Shown in pieces: positions 8,217 to 16,819 of a stretch of DNA of 64,000 nucleotides. Each line of letters starts with the position of its first letter. Positions within the stretch are counted from its first letter, which is position 1. The position numbers and the translations under genes are program-made. The notes below the pieces were generated by a model that searched no databases, was not told the DNA's origin, and saw only the letters and a program-made list of their open reading frames with translations. Origin of the DNA: Burkholderiales bacterium (GTDB taxonomy: Bacteria > Pseudomonadota > Gammaproteobacteria > Burkholderiales > SG8-39); contig JAOAFL010000080.1 of the NCBI GenBank assembly GCA_026416295.1, forward strand, positions 341-64,340, read 5' to 3'.

Positions 8217-10130
8217 TCAGCGGCCCGCCTCGCGCGCGCCGTCGGCGAACCAGAACGTGTCCGGCCGGTAGATGCCGAAGAACGCGCCCGGGTCCCAGTT
8301 GTAGAGGCCCTTCGCGGGCACGTTGCGCAGGGCGTTGCGCACGACGACCGGCTGCGCCACCCCGTTCACCACGCCGATCACGAACTGCTGGTCGGCGTGG
8401 ATCGCGAGCATGCGGTGCCAGATGCGCGCGCGCTCCTCGCGGCTCGAGGCGCGGCGCCAGGCGTGGTAGAGCCGCAGCAGCTCGGCCGCCTCGGGCAGAT
8501 CGGGCGGCTCGCCCGCCTTGCCGCCGGTCTCGAAGTGCTGGCCGAAACGCGGCCATTGCAGTTGCTGCTGGCTGGTGGGCGCGAGCTCGTCGGGACTGGT
8601 GTCCGCGGTCGGGATGCCGTTTTCCCAGCCGCTCCAGACCGACATCAGCGCCTGGCCCGAGAACACGCGGTTTCGCAGCACCTCGCGCTGCTGGGGCTTG
8701 GAAAAGAGCTTGATGCCCACTTCGCGCCAGGTCTCGCGGATGAGTTCCAGGATGTCGGTCTGCTCGGTCGACTCGCCCGCGGTCTCGACGATGATCTCGA
8801 GCGGGCGCCCGTCGGGCAGCCGACGCACGCCGTCGCCGCCGCGCCGCAGCCCGACCTCGTCGAGCAGCCGCTCGGCCGCCTTGCGATCGTACTGCGCCCA
8901 CTTCGTCTGATACTCCTTGCGGTAGAGCGGGCTTTCGGCGAGCACGGTGTTGTTGGCCTCGTTCGCAAGACCGAAGTAGAGCACCTGGTTGACGAGCGAG
9001 CGGTCGATCGCGAGCGAAAGCGCGCGCCGGAAGCGCACGTCGCGCACGACCGCGCGCCAGACCGGATCGGCGACGTTGAGATTCGGATAGAGGGCGAAGT
9101 GCGCCCCGCGCGCCGTCTTCCAGAGGTGCACGCGATAGTCGTTCGCCGTCTCGCCCTTCTTGAGAAAGGTGTAGTTGTGAAACTGCAGGTCGCGCGCCTG
9201 CAGGTCGGACTCGCCCGCGCCCGCCTTCGCCGGGATCAGTTTCGCCTCCACGACGCCGAGCACGACGCGGTCGATGTAGGGCAGCTGCCGGCCCTCCGGG
9301 TCGACGCGGTGAAAATACGGATTGCGCACCGCGACGAAGCGGTCCGCGGGCGGCCGTGTCGTGTTCACCCACGGCTGCAAGGTGGGGAGCCTGGGGTTGT
9401 CGAACTGGTACATGTTGTCCTCGCGATTGTGCACCGCCGCCCAGCCGCGCTTTGCGCCGGCCGCCGCCTCGGCCGCCTTCGGGTTGTACTTGCGGTGAAA
9501 CTGCTTGAGGTAGTGCGCGGGGCGGAAGATGAAGAGCGGCGAGGCGCCCGCAAGGCGCGGCAGAAAATCCGGGTTCGGTTTCGACCAGCTGTAGCGCACG
9601 GTGTGCTTGTCCGGATACTCGACCTTCGGCGGCTCGCCGTCCACCAGCAGCTCGGACGGCGGTCCGGCGGGCGAAAGCTCCCGGTCGTTCGCGACGTCTT
9701 CCCAGTAGTAGCGGAAGTCCTCGGCCGTGAACGGGTGGCCGTCGGACCAGCGGTGGCCACGGCGCAACCGCATCGTGAAGACGCGATCGTCCTTCACCTC
9801 GATCGATTCCAGGATATCGGGCACGAGGTTCAGATGCCGGTCGTAGACGACGAGCCGCGCGTAGCCGTAGACCACCAGAAGGCGCACGTCGCGCGTGCGC
9901 CCGATCAGCGTGTTCAGCGTACCGCCGTGCCGGCCGGGCGCGGCCCCGGCGTCGAAGCGCACGACGAGCGGAGTGTCGGGCAGGCGCCGGGCGACCGGCG
10001 GCAACCGCCCGGCCTTCACCTCCTCGGCGAGCGCCGGCGGCTCGATGTACTTCATGGGCTGAGCGCGCAGGCCGGCCGCGGCGGCTGCGAGCGCCGCCGC
10101 GAGCGCAAGCGCCGCGCCCCACCGCCTCAT
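8217..10130 (-). CDS. periplasmic substrate-binding protein, family 5 (YejA/Opp-like)
   Basis: Part of the 1417-aa read-through ORF, from '[25 protein letters not shown]' (Sec signal). 637 aa. 'WSDGHPFTAEDFRYYWEDV' is typical of SBP_bac_5. ATGA overlap with the ATPase stop. Confidence 0.9.
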   Translation of the reverse strand: MRRWGAALALAAALAAAAAGLRAQPMKYIEPPALAEEVKAGRLPPVARRLPDTPLVVRFDAGAAPGRHGGTLNTLIGRTRDVRLLVVYGYARLVVYDRHLNLVPDILESIEVKDDRVFTMRLRRGHRWSDGHPFTAEDFRYYWEDVANDRELSPAGPPSELLVDGEPPKVEYPDKHTVRYSWSKPNPDFLPRLAGASPLFIFRPAHYLKQFHRKYNPKAAEAAAGAKRGWAAVHNREDNMYQFDNPRLPTLQPWVNTTRPPADRFVAVRNPYFHRVDPEGRQLPYIDRVVLGVVEAKLIPAKAGAGESDLQARDLQFHNYTFLKKGETANDYRVHLWKTARGAHFALYPNLNVADPVWRAVVRDVRFRRALSLAIDRSLVNQVLYFGLANEANNTVLAESPLYRKEYQTKWAQYDRKAAERLLDEVGLRRGGDGVRRLPDGRPLEIIVETAGESTEQTDILELIRETWREVGIKLFSKPQQREVLRNRVFSGQALMSVWSGWENGIPTADTSPDELAPTSQQQLQWPRFGQHFETGGKAGEPPDLPEAAELLRLYHAWRRASSREERARIWHRMLAIHADQQFVIGVVNGVAQPVVVRNALRNVPAKGLYNWDPGAFFGIYRPDTFWFADGAREAGR

Positions 10131-12028
10131 GCGAGAAGCTCGGAAAAATCGGCGCTCGAGCGCGCGCGCACGAAATGCCCGTTGCCGAGATCGAGCATCG
10201 GCGCGTGTTCGCCCGGCGCGAAGCGAAAAGGCGCCGGCCACGCCGCCGGGTCGGAAGCCCGTCCCTCCATCAGCGCCGCGAAATCGAGCTTGCGGTCGAG
10301 GTCGGGGTCCGGCACCGCCGCAAGCAGCGCGCGCGTGTACGGATGCACCGGCCGGCGGAACAGCTCGTCGTAGGGCGCGATCTCGACCAGGCGCCCGGCG
10401 CACATCACCGCGATCCGGTCGGCGAGGTAATGGACCACCGCGAGATTGTGCGAGATGAAGAGGTAGGTGAGCTGGAGCGCCGCCTTCAGATCGAGCAGCA
10501 GGTTCAGCACCTGCGCCTGCACCGAGACGTCGAGCGCCGAGACCGGTTCGTCGCACACGAGCAGTTGCGGGCCGAGCGCGAGCGCGCGCGCGATGCCGAT
10601 CCGCTGGCGCTGGCCGCCCGAGAAGCTGTGCGGGTAGCGGCGCAGATGCCGCACGTCCAGGCCGACCAGCTCGATCAGCTCCTTGACGCGCGCGTAGCGC
10701 TCGTCGGCGTCGCCGACGCCGTGGATGACGAGCGGCTCGGCGACGATGTCGTGCACCGTCATGCGCGGGTTGAGCGAGGAGAACGGATCCTGGAACACGA
10801 ACTGCACCTTGCGCCGGTAGGCGAAGAGCTCCTCGCCCGCGAGCGCGAGCACGTCGCGCGGGTGGCCGCGATCGTTGAACACGATCTCGCCGGCATCGGG
10901 CGTCACCGCGCGCAGGATCATCTTCGCGGTGGTGGTCTTGCCGCAGCCGGACTCCCCGACCAGCCCGAGGCACTCGCCGGCGTGCACGTGAAAGCTGACG
11001 TCGTCGACCGCGCGCACCTCGCCCGCAAGCCGCCGGCCGAAGAGCGTCCTTTTGCGCGTCTCGAAGCGCTTGACGAGATTGCGCACGACGAGCAGCGGAT
11101 CGCCGCCGGCGTGCGGCGCGTGCGGGCGGCCGGCGGCCGCGACAAGGCGCCCCGTTTCGACCCGCACCTCGCGGATCGGGGTGAGCCGCTCGCCCGGCGC
11201 CATGTTGAAGCGGGGCACTGCGCGCATGAGCGCCTTCAGGTACGGGTGCCGCGGGTCGCGGAAGATGTCCTCCGCCGTCCCGGCTTCGACCACGCGCCCG
11301 CGGTACATCACCACCACCTCGTCGGCCATGTTGGCGACCACGCCCAGATCGTGCGTGATGAGCAGCACCGCCATGCCGAATTCGCGCTGCAGCTCGCGCA
11401 GCAGATGCAGGATCTGCGCCTGGATGGTGACGTCGAGCGCGGTGGTCGGCTCGTCGGCGATGAGCAGCGCCGGCCGGCAGACGAGCGCCATCGCGATCAT
11501 CGCGCGCTGGCGCAGGCCGCCCGAGAGTTCGAACGGATAGGTGTGCTCGGCCTTCGCCGGGTCGGGAAAGCCCACGCGACGCAGCATCTCGCGCACGCGC
11601 TCGCGCCGCTCGGCGCGACCGAGGTCGGGCTGATGCAGCGCGAGCGCTTCGCCCACCTGGTCGCCGATCGTGTGCAGCGGCGAGAGCGCGGTCATCGGCT
11701 CCTGGAACACGATCGAGATGCGCGCGCCCCGGATGCGCCGCGCCTCTTCGCCCGCCGGATCGAGGCGCGACAGATCGACCGGCGCCCCGGGCCGCAGCGG
11801 GTCGCGAAACAGGATCTCGCCGGAGACGACCCGCGCGACCCGCGGCAGGATGTTCATCACCGCCTGCGCGACCATCGTCTTTCCCGAGCCCGATTCGCCG
11901 ACGAGTGCGACCGTGCCGCCCGGGGCGACGGTGAACGAGACCCCGTCGACCGCCTTCACCGTACCGGCGTCCACCGCCAGATGGACGCGCAGATCGCGCA
12001 CTTCGAGCAGCGTGTCGTCCGCGTTCAC
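10127..12028 (-). CDS. ABC transporter ATP-binding protein with duplicated ATPase domains (YejF-like)
   Basis: Tail of ORF 10127..12745 from GTG 12028 ('[13 protein letters not shown]'). Two Walker A motifs, 'GESGSGKT' and 'GESGCGKTT'. Two signatures, 'LSGGLRQR' and 'FSGGQRQR'. GTGA overlap with the upstream gene. Confidence 0.9.
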   Translation of the reverse strand: MNADDTLLEVRDLRVHLAVDAGTVKAVDGVSFTVAPGGTVALVGESGSGKTMVAQAVMNILPRVARVVSGEILFRDPLRPGAPVDLSRLDPAGEEARRIRGARISIVFQEPMTALSPLHTIGDQVGEALALHQPDLGRAERRERVREMLRRVGFPDPAKAEHTYPFELSGGLRQRAMIAMALVCRPALLIADEPTTALDVTIQAQILHLLRELQREFGMAVLLITHDLGVVANMADEVVVMYRGRVVEAGTAEDIFRDPRHPYLKALMRAVPRFNMAPGERLTPIREVRVETGRLVAAAGRPHAPHAGGDPLLVVRNLVKRFETRKRTLFGRRLAGEVRAVDDVSFHVHAGECLGLVGESGCGKTTTAKMILRAVTPDAGEIVFNDRGHPRDVLALAGEELFAYRRKVQFVFQDPFSSLNPRMTVHDIVAEPLVIHGVGDADERYARVKELIELVGLDVRHLRRYPHSFSGGQRQRIGIARALALGPQLLVCDEPVSALDVSVQAQVLNLLLDLKAALQLTYLFISHNLAVVHYLADRIAVMCAGRLVEIAPYDELFRRPVHPYTRALLAAVPDPDLDRKLDFAALMEGRASDPAAWPAPFRFAPGEHAPMLDLGNGHFVRARSSADFSELLA

Positions 12029-12501
12029 GGGGCAGCCTCGAGCGCCCGAAGATTCGCCGCCGAGGCGGCGTCGAGTTCCACGCCGCTGCGCGCTGCGGCC
12101 GCTGCCGCCGCGCGCGCGAGGTCCGCGAACCCGGGCAGGTCCGAGTCGATGCGGACGGTGCGGCTCGAGTCCTGCAGGCGCAACTGCATCCATCCCCCTT
12201 CGCGGTCGCCGCGCGTCGAGTAGTAGCGAAGGCGCATCGCGCGCAGCTCCGCCCACCGGATCTCGGCGCCCAGCGGCCCGCGGACGCGGATCCCGGTCTC
12301 GTCCCACGCGACGCAAGTGAGCTGGCGGCAGACCGTGCGCGCGAAGTATAAGAGGAAGAGCGCGCCGGCCGCGGCCGCCGCCACCGCCACCGCGCGCGCG
12401 GGCGCGGCGAGCCCGAGCAGCGCGCCGCAGAGCGCGATGCCCGCGGCAGCGCGCGCGTAGTCGGCGGCAAGCGACCGTGCCGGGTACCGTTCGACGCGCA
12501 T
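12025..12501 (-). CDS. small membrane protein, 2 TM helices plus PH-like (bPH/YdbS-type topology) cytoplasmic domain
   Basis: Tail of ORF 12025..13317 from 'MRVERYP'. Two hydrophobic helices ('AAAGIALCGALLGLA', 'AVAVAAAAAGALFLLYF') followed by a ~90-aa soluble part. High GC3. Lies 2 nt after the deacetylase stop and shares a GTGA overlap with the ATPase. The domain call is topological only. Confidence 0.6.
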   Translation of the reverse strand: MRVERYPARSLAADYARAAAGIALCGALLGLAAPARAVAVAAAAAGALFLLYFARTVCRQLTCVAWDETGIRVRGPLGAEIRWAELRAMRLRYYSTRGDREGGWMQLRLQDSSRTVRIDSDLPGFADLARAAAAAAARSGVELDAASAANLRALEAAP

Positions 12502-12503
12502 CG

Positions 12504-13256
12504 TCAGGAGAACAGTTCCGCGGCGTCGAGCCAGCGTGCGCCCGCCTCGCGCGTCGCGTCGAACAGACGCTCGACGAACGCCCACGCGGCAGGCTCGTGC
12601 ACCGCGTGGTGCGTAAGAAGCCCGGTCGGCTCGTCGGCCTGCGCCGCCCCGGCGCGGCGCGCCGCGAGATGCGCGACGAGCGCTCCGAGCGCGCGCGCCT
12701 CGCCGACGAAGCGGCGCGAACCCCGCCAATCGACGAGGTCCACATGCGCGTTCACTTCGCGCAGCCCCGGCGCGGCGAACGGCGCGCGGCGCGCGCCGTA
12801 GCGGCTGAGCGCGCGAAACCCCGCGCCCGCGAGCCGCGCAACGAGCGCGGGCGCGATCCGGTTCCAGGGCGGCGCGAGCACCGCGAGCGCGCGCGCCCCC
12901 GCAAGGCGCGCAAGCCGCGCGCGCGCCTCGGCCAGGCGCGCAAGCGCCGACTGCGGCGGCTCGTTCGCCGGGAACTCGCTTTTCTTGTCGTTCGCGCCGG
13001 CACGGTTTTCGTGGTCGGCGCCGTGCTGGAGCACGGCCACCTGCGGCGGCAGGCGCGCGAACAGCGCCGGCTCGGCGCGCGCCGGAATCACCGCGAGCGC
13101 AAGCGGCATGCCCGAGCGCGCGGCGAGCGAAACGAGCCGCGCAAGCGCGGCGTCGGCGGCCGCGGCGTCGTCGTCGCGCCACCAGAACGAGGCGGTGCGC
13201 CCGGCGTCGCGCCAGCGCGCAAGCTCCTCGGCGAGCGCCCTCCAGCCGGCGTTCAT
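12504..13256 (-). CDS. polysaccharide deacetylase-like (CE4/NodB-like) protein
   Basis: Tail of ORF 12504..14420 from 'MNAGWRAL'. 'FWWRDDDA' resembles NodB motif 1 (Asp pair). 'LQHGADHEN' resembles H-x-x-x-H motif 2. ATGA overlap with the upstream GT. Confidence 0.7.
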   Translation of the reverse strand: MNAGWRALAEELARWRDAGRTASFWWRDDDAAAADAALARLVSLAARSGMPLALAVIPARAEPALFARLPPQVAVLQHGADHENRAGANDKKSEFPANEPPQSALARLAEARARLARLAGARALAVLAPPWNRIAPALVARLAGAGFRALSRYGARRAPFAAPGLREVNAHVDLVDWRGSRRFVGEARALGALVAHLAARRAGAAQADEPTGLLTHHAVHEPAAWAFVERLFDATREAGARWLDAAELFS

Positions 13257-14410
13257 CGCGCAAGCCAGCCGTGAAGGAGCGCCGCGCTTTTCGCCGCCCC
13301 TGCGAGGTCGAGCGCATCGCGGGGCGGCGCAGGCCGCGCGAGCGCGCGTCCGATCGCCGCAGCGAGCGTGCGCGGCGAAAGCTGCGCTTCGTCGAGCGCC
13401 TCGATCAGCCCGCGCTCGGCAAAGAGCCGCGCGCGCAGCCGCTGCTCGGTCTCGCCGCCGCCTGAAAACGGCACCGCCACCGCGCGCACGCCGCCGGCGA
13501 GCACCTCGGCGAGCGTGTTGTAGCCGGCCTGGCTCACCGAGAGCGCGCACGCCGCAAGGCGCGAGCCGAAATCGGCGCGGAAGCGCTCGAGCACGATCCC
13601 ACCCCCGCCTTCGACGCGCGCACGCGCCGCGAGCGCCGCGAACGCCTCTTGCGGGAGATTCGCGCCCGCGAGCAGGCGCCAGCGACGCTCGGCGAGCGCG
13701 CTCAGGCGCCGCGCGCGGATCGCGGTCTCGAGCAGCCGCGCGCCGACCGCGCCGCCGCCCGCCGAGACGAGCACCTCGCCCGCCGCATCGGCGCAAGGCG
13801 CGGCCGGGGGTTCGGCGATGTAGCCGGTGTAGTGCAGCCGCGCCCCGAGCCGCGCCGCATGACGAAAGGTGAGATCGAAGGGCACCGCGCGGGGGTCGCT
13901 GTGCACGAGCACGCGGTCGTAGTAGCGCTCGAAGATCGCGAGCATCTCGTCCTGGCGCGCCGGGTCCTTCTGTCCGCCGCCGAGGATATCGCGCACCGAA
14001 GCGACGACGAGCGGCCGGGGGCGGGCCGCGGCCGCCTCTTCGAGCAGCGGCAGCAGCTCGAAGCGCATCTGCCGCCGACCGAACGGGAAAAGCTCGGTCA
14101 CCAGCGCGTCGGCGCGCGCGGCGCGCCAGGCCGAAAGAAGCGCTGTGCGCCGCGCGGCGCGCCAGGCGTCGTCCACCGGCCGGCCCGTTTCGTCGAGCAG
14201 GGTTCGAAAGGTCGCATCGGCGGCGCTCGCCGGCGCAAGCTGCACGATCCGGGCCCCCGCGGGCATGCGTTCCGGGACCGGCACGCCGCCGGTCGCGAAC
14301 GTCACGTCGAGCCCGCGCGCGACGAGCGCGCGCGCGATCGCGGCCGCGCGCACAAGGTGCCCGATGCCGAGCAGGTGCTGCACGTAAAAGAAGACGCGGG
14401 CGCGAGTCAA
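13253..14410 (-). CDS. glycosyltransferase, MurG-like/GT28 C-terminal type (COG4671-like)
   Basis: Tail of ORF 13253..15613. 'VFFYVQHLLGIGHLVRAAAIARAL' and 'SQAGYNTLAEVLAGGVRAVAVPF'. Start proposed at TTG 14410, giving a TTGA overlap with the upstream GT4 stop. Confidence 0.75.
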   Translation of the reverse strand: MTRARVFFYVQHLLGIGHLVRAAAIARALVARGLDVTFATGGVPVPERMPAGARIVQLAPASAADATFRTLLDETGRPVDDAWRAARRTALLSAWRAARADALVTELFPFGRRQMRFELLPLLEEAAAARPRPLVVASVRDILGGGQKDPARQDEMLAIFERYYDRVLVHSDPRAVPFDLTFRHAARLGARLHYTGYIAEPPAAPCADAAGEVLVSAGGGAVGARLLETAIRARRLSALAERRWRLLAGANLPQEAFAALAARARVEGGGGIVLERFRADFGSRLAACALSVSQAGYNTLAEVLAGGVRAVAVPFSGGGETEQRLRARLFAERGLIEALDEAQLSPRTLAAAIGRALARPAPPRDALDLAGAAKSAALLHGWLAR

Positions 14411-15540
14411 AGCGCGGCAAGGAGCGCCGCGAGCCGGCGCGCGGCGACCTGCAGACTGCGTTCGCCCGCGACGAATTCGGCGGCCGCGCGCCCGAGCGCC
14501 GACCGCCGGTCGGGATCCACGAGGAGCGTGCGCACAGCGGCCGCGAGCGCCGCTTCGTCGCCCGGAGGAACGAGCAGGCCGCTTCGGCCGTCTGCGACGA
14601 CGTCGGGCACGCCGCGCACAGCGCACGCGACCACCGGAATTCCGGCCGCCTCGGCTTCGAGCAGCGCCATGCCGTAGGCCTCGTTCACCGCCGGCCAGAC
14701 GCAAAGATCGGCGGCCGCCGCGAGCGCGGCGACCTCGCGCTCGCGCAGCGCGCCGAGGAACGTCGCGCGCCCGGGGACCGCGGCGGCGAACGCCGCCTCG
14801 ACGTCGGCGCGCGCCGGGCCGTCGCCCGCGACGAGCAGATGCCAGCGAAGGTCGGCCAGCCGCGCGAGCGTTCGCGCGAGCGCACGGTAGGAGGCGAGCT
14901 TGTCGCCGGCGCGCATCATCGCCGCGATCGCGATCCACGGCACGCCGTGATCGAGCCCCTGCGCTCGAGCGAGCCGCGCGCGGTGCTCGGCGCGCCCGGC
15001 CGAGGCGCGCGCAAACGGCGCGACGTCGAGAAACGGCGGCAGCCAGACGATCCGCCCGGGGCGCGCGAGCCCCGAAAGTCCCGCGGCGTCCTCGCGCGTC
15101 GGACAGAGGAGGAGGTCCGCGCGCCGGATCGCGGCTTCCGCGCCGGCGTGGCCGATCGCCCAGGGGCCGTGCGCGCGTTTTGCCGCGTAGGAGGCTTCGG
15201 CGATCACGTAGGGAATCCCGAGCGCGGCGCTCGCCTGCGGCCCGAGCCAGTCGGGCGCCTTGTAGTAGACGTGGTACGTGAACCAGAGGTCCGGGCGCGC
15301 TTGCGGCGAATCGCTCAGCCAGCGCGCAACGAGCGTGCGCGCGAGCGCGTGCCCCTGCTCGGCGAGGGCCCGCTGGCGAGCGGCGTCGCCCGCGCCATCG
15401 TAGGCGCGGAACGTCGACACCAGCTCGACGCGGTGACCGGCCGCGGTGAGCGCGTCCATGTAGAGCCCCGCGACGCGCCGGTCGCCCGAGGGCGTGCCGT
15501 GCGTCGGCGGCTTCATCGGCGCATAGAACGCGATGCGCAT
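14407..15540 (-). CDS. glycosyltransferase family 4 (GT-B, Glycos_transf_1)
   Basis: Tail of ORF 14407..17220 from 'MRIAFYAPMKPP'. EX7E-type motif 'NEAYGMALLEAEAAGIPVVA'. Confidence 0.85.
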   Translation of the reverse strand: MRIAFYAPMKPPTHGTPSGDRRVAGLYMDALTAAGHRVELVSTFRAYDGAGDAARQRALAEQGHALARTLVARWLSDSPQARPDLWFTYHVYYKAPDWLGPQASAALGIPYVIAEASYAAKRAHGPWAIGHAGAEAAIRRADLLLCPTREDAAGLSGLARPGRIVWLPPFLDVAPFARASAGRAEHRARLARAQGLDHGVPWIAIAAMMRAGDKLASYRALARTLARLADLRWHLLVAGDGPARADVEAAFAAAVPGRATFLGALREREVAALAAAADLCVWPAVNEAYGMALLEAEAAGIPVVACAVRGVPDVVADGRSGLLVPPGDEAALAAAVRTLLVDPDRRSALGRAAAEFVAGERSLQVAARRLAALLAAL

Positions 15541-16796
15541 ACGCGCGCCTCGCTCTGCGCCCCGGCGAGCCCGAAGCGCGCCGCGAGCCGCTCGAGGTTT
15601 GGGGCGAGCGCAAACCGGGTCTCGACGCGCCGGCGCGCCGCCGCCCCGAGCCGCGCGCGTCGCAGGGGGTCGCGCATGAGCGAAGCGAGCGCCTCGGCGA
15701 GCGCCGCCGGCGCCTCGGCCGGAACGAGCACGCCGCTCACCCCGTCCTCGAGCAGCTCGGGGATGCCGGCGACGCGCGTCGCGACGCACGCGAGCCGCTG
15801 GCTTGCGGCTTCGAGCAGCACGTTCGGCAAGCCGTCGCGGTCGCCGCCCGGGGCGATGCGGCTCGCGAGCACGAAGAGGTCCGCGGCGCGGTAGGCCGCG
15901 AGCACCTCCGGCTGCGCGCGCGGCCCGCGCCAGTCGATCCGGTCGGCGATGCCGAGCCGGCGCGCGCGGCGCGCAAGGCGCGCAGCGAGCGGGCCGCCGC
16001 CGATGTGCTCGAGGCGCCAGTGCAGATCGCGCGGCAGCTGCGCAAGGGCTTCGAGGAGCACGTCGGTGCCCTTCTTTTCGACCAGCCGCGCGACCGAGAG
16101 CAGCCGCACCGGATCCCGCGGATCGCTCGCGTCGCGCGGCGGACGGGCCGCGGGCGGCGGCGGAAACCGCGCGAGATCGAGACCGTGGTAGACGAGCGCG
16201 ACCCTGCCCGGCGGCGCGAGCGCCGCCAGGTGCTCGTACGCCGCCGCGTTGCACGCGACCGCCCACGCGCAGTCGGCGAGCTTCTCGCGCTTTTCCCACG
16301 CCGGGGTCGTCCAGACGTCCTTGGCGTGCGTCGAACAGCTCCAGGCGAGACCGCGCAGGATCGCGCCGTAGCGCGCGACCGACGCCGGCGTGTGCAGAAA
16401 ATGCGCGTGAAGCCGCTCGACGTCGGGCGGCAGCTCCGCCGCGAGCACGAGCGCCTGCCCGAACCGGCGCACCCGGTTCGGCGTCGGATCGCGCGCGAGG
16501 TCGGCGAGCCAGCGCGCGCGCGCCGCCCGGTACGTCGGCCAGCGGCGCACCGCGCGCCAGGCGCGAAGCACGCGCAACGGCTCGCGCGACAGGTACTCCG
16601 GAAGGTAACGCACCTCGGCGCGCACCTCGTCGTGCACCGGATGCCGGCGCGCATCGGTCGGCCGGCGCAGCGCGACGATGAGGATCGCGAGTCCCCGGCG
16701 CTCGAGCGCCGCGATCTCCTGCGCGATGAAGGTCTCGGACAGCCGCGGCCAGCCCTTCAGCACGAACGCGACGCGGCCGCCGGCTGCGCGCTGCAT
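15513..16796 (-). CDS. glycosyltransferase family 4 (WcaL-like N-terminus)
   Basis: Tail of ORF 15513..17597 from 'MQRAAGGRVAFVLKGWPRLSETFIAQEI'. 'GLPNVLLEAASQRLACVATRVAGIPELL'. 28-nt overlap with the next GT4. Confidence 0.85.
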   Translation of the reverse strand: MQRAAGGRVAFVLKGWPRLSETFIAQEIAALERRGLAILIVALRRPTDARRHPVHDEVRAEVRYLPEYLSREPLRVLRAWRAVRRWPTYRAARARWLADLARDPTPNRVRRFGQALVLAAELPPDVERLHAHFLHTPASVARYGAILRGLAWSCSTHAKDVWTTPAWEKREKLADCAWAVACNAAAYEHLAALAPPGRVALVYHGLDLARFPPPPAARPPRDASDPRDPVRLLSVARLVEKKGTDVLLEALAQLPRDLHWRLEHIGGGPLAARLARRARRLGIADRIDWRGPRAQPEVLAAYRAADLFVLASRIAPGGDRDGLPNVLLEAASQRLACVATRVAGIPELLEDGVSGVLVPAEAPAALAEALASLMRDPLRRARLGAAARRRVETRFALAPNLERLAARFGLAGAQSEARVCASRSMRR

Positions 16797-16819
16797 CGCA
16801 GGACCCGCCGCTGTTCGCC

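Noticed and set aside
8217-12470. 1417-aa ORF that would fuse the binding protein to a huge N-terminal extension
   Set aside because: Only the last 637 aa (from the signal peptide '[11 protein letters not shown]') look like protein. The upstream part is out-of-frame sequence of the ATPase gene. The ATGA junction with the ATPase stop fixes the start at 10130.
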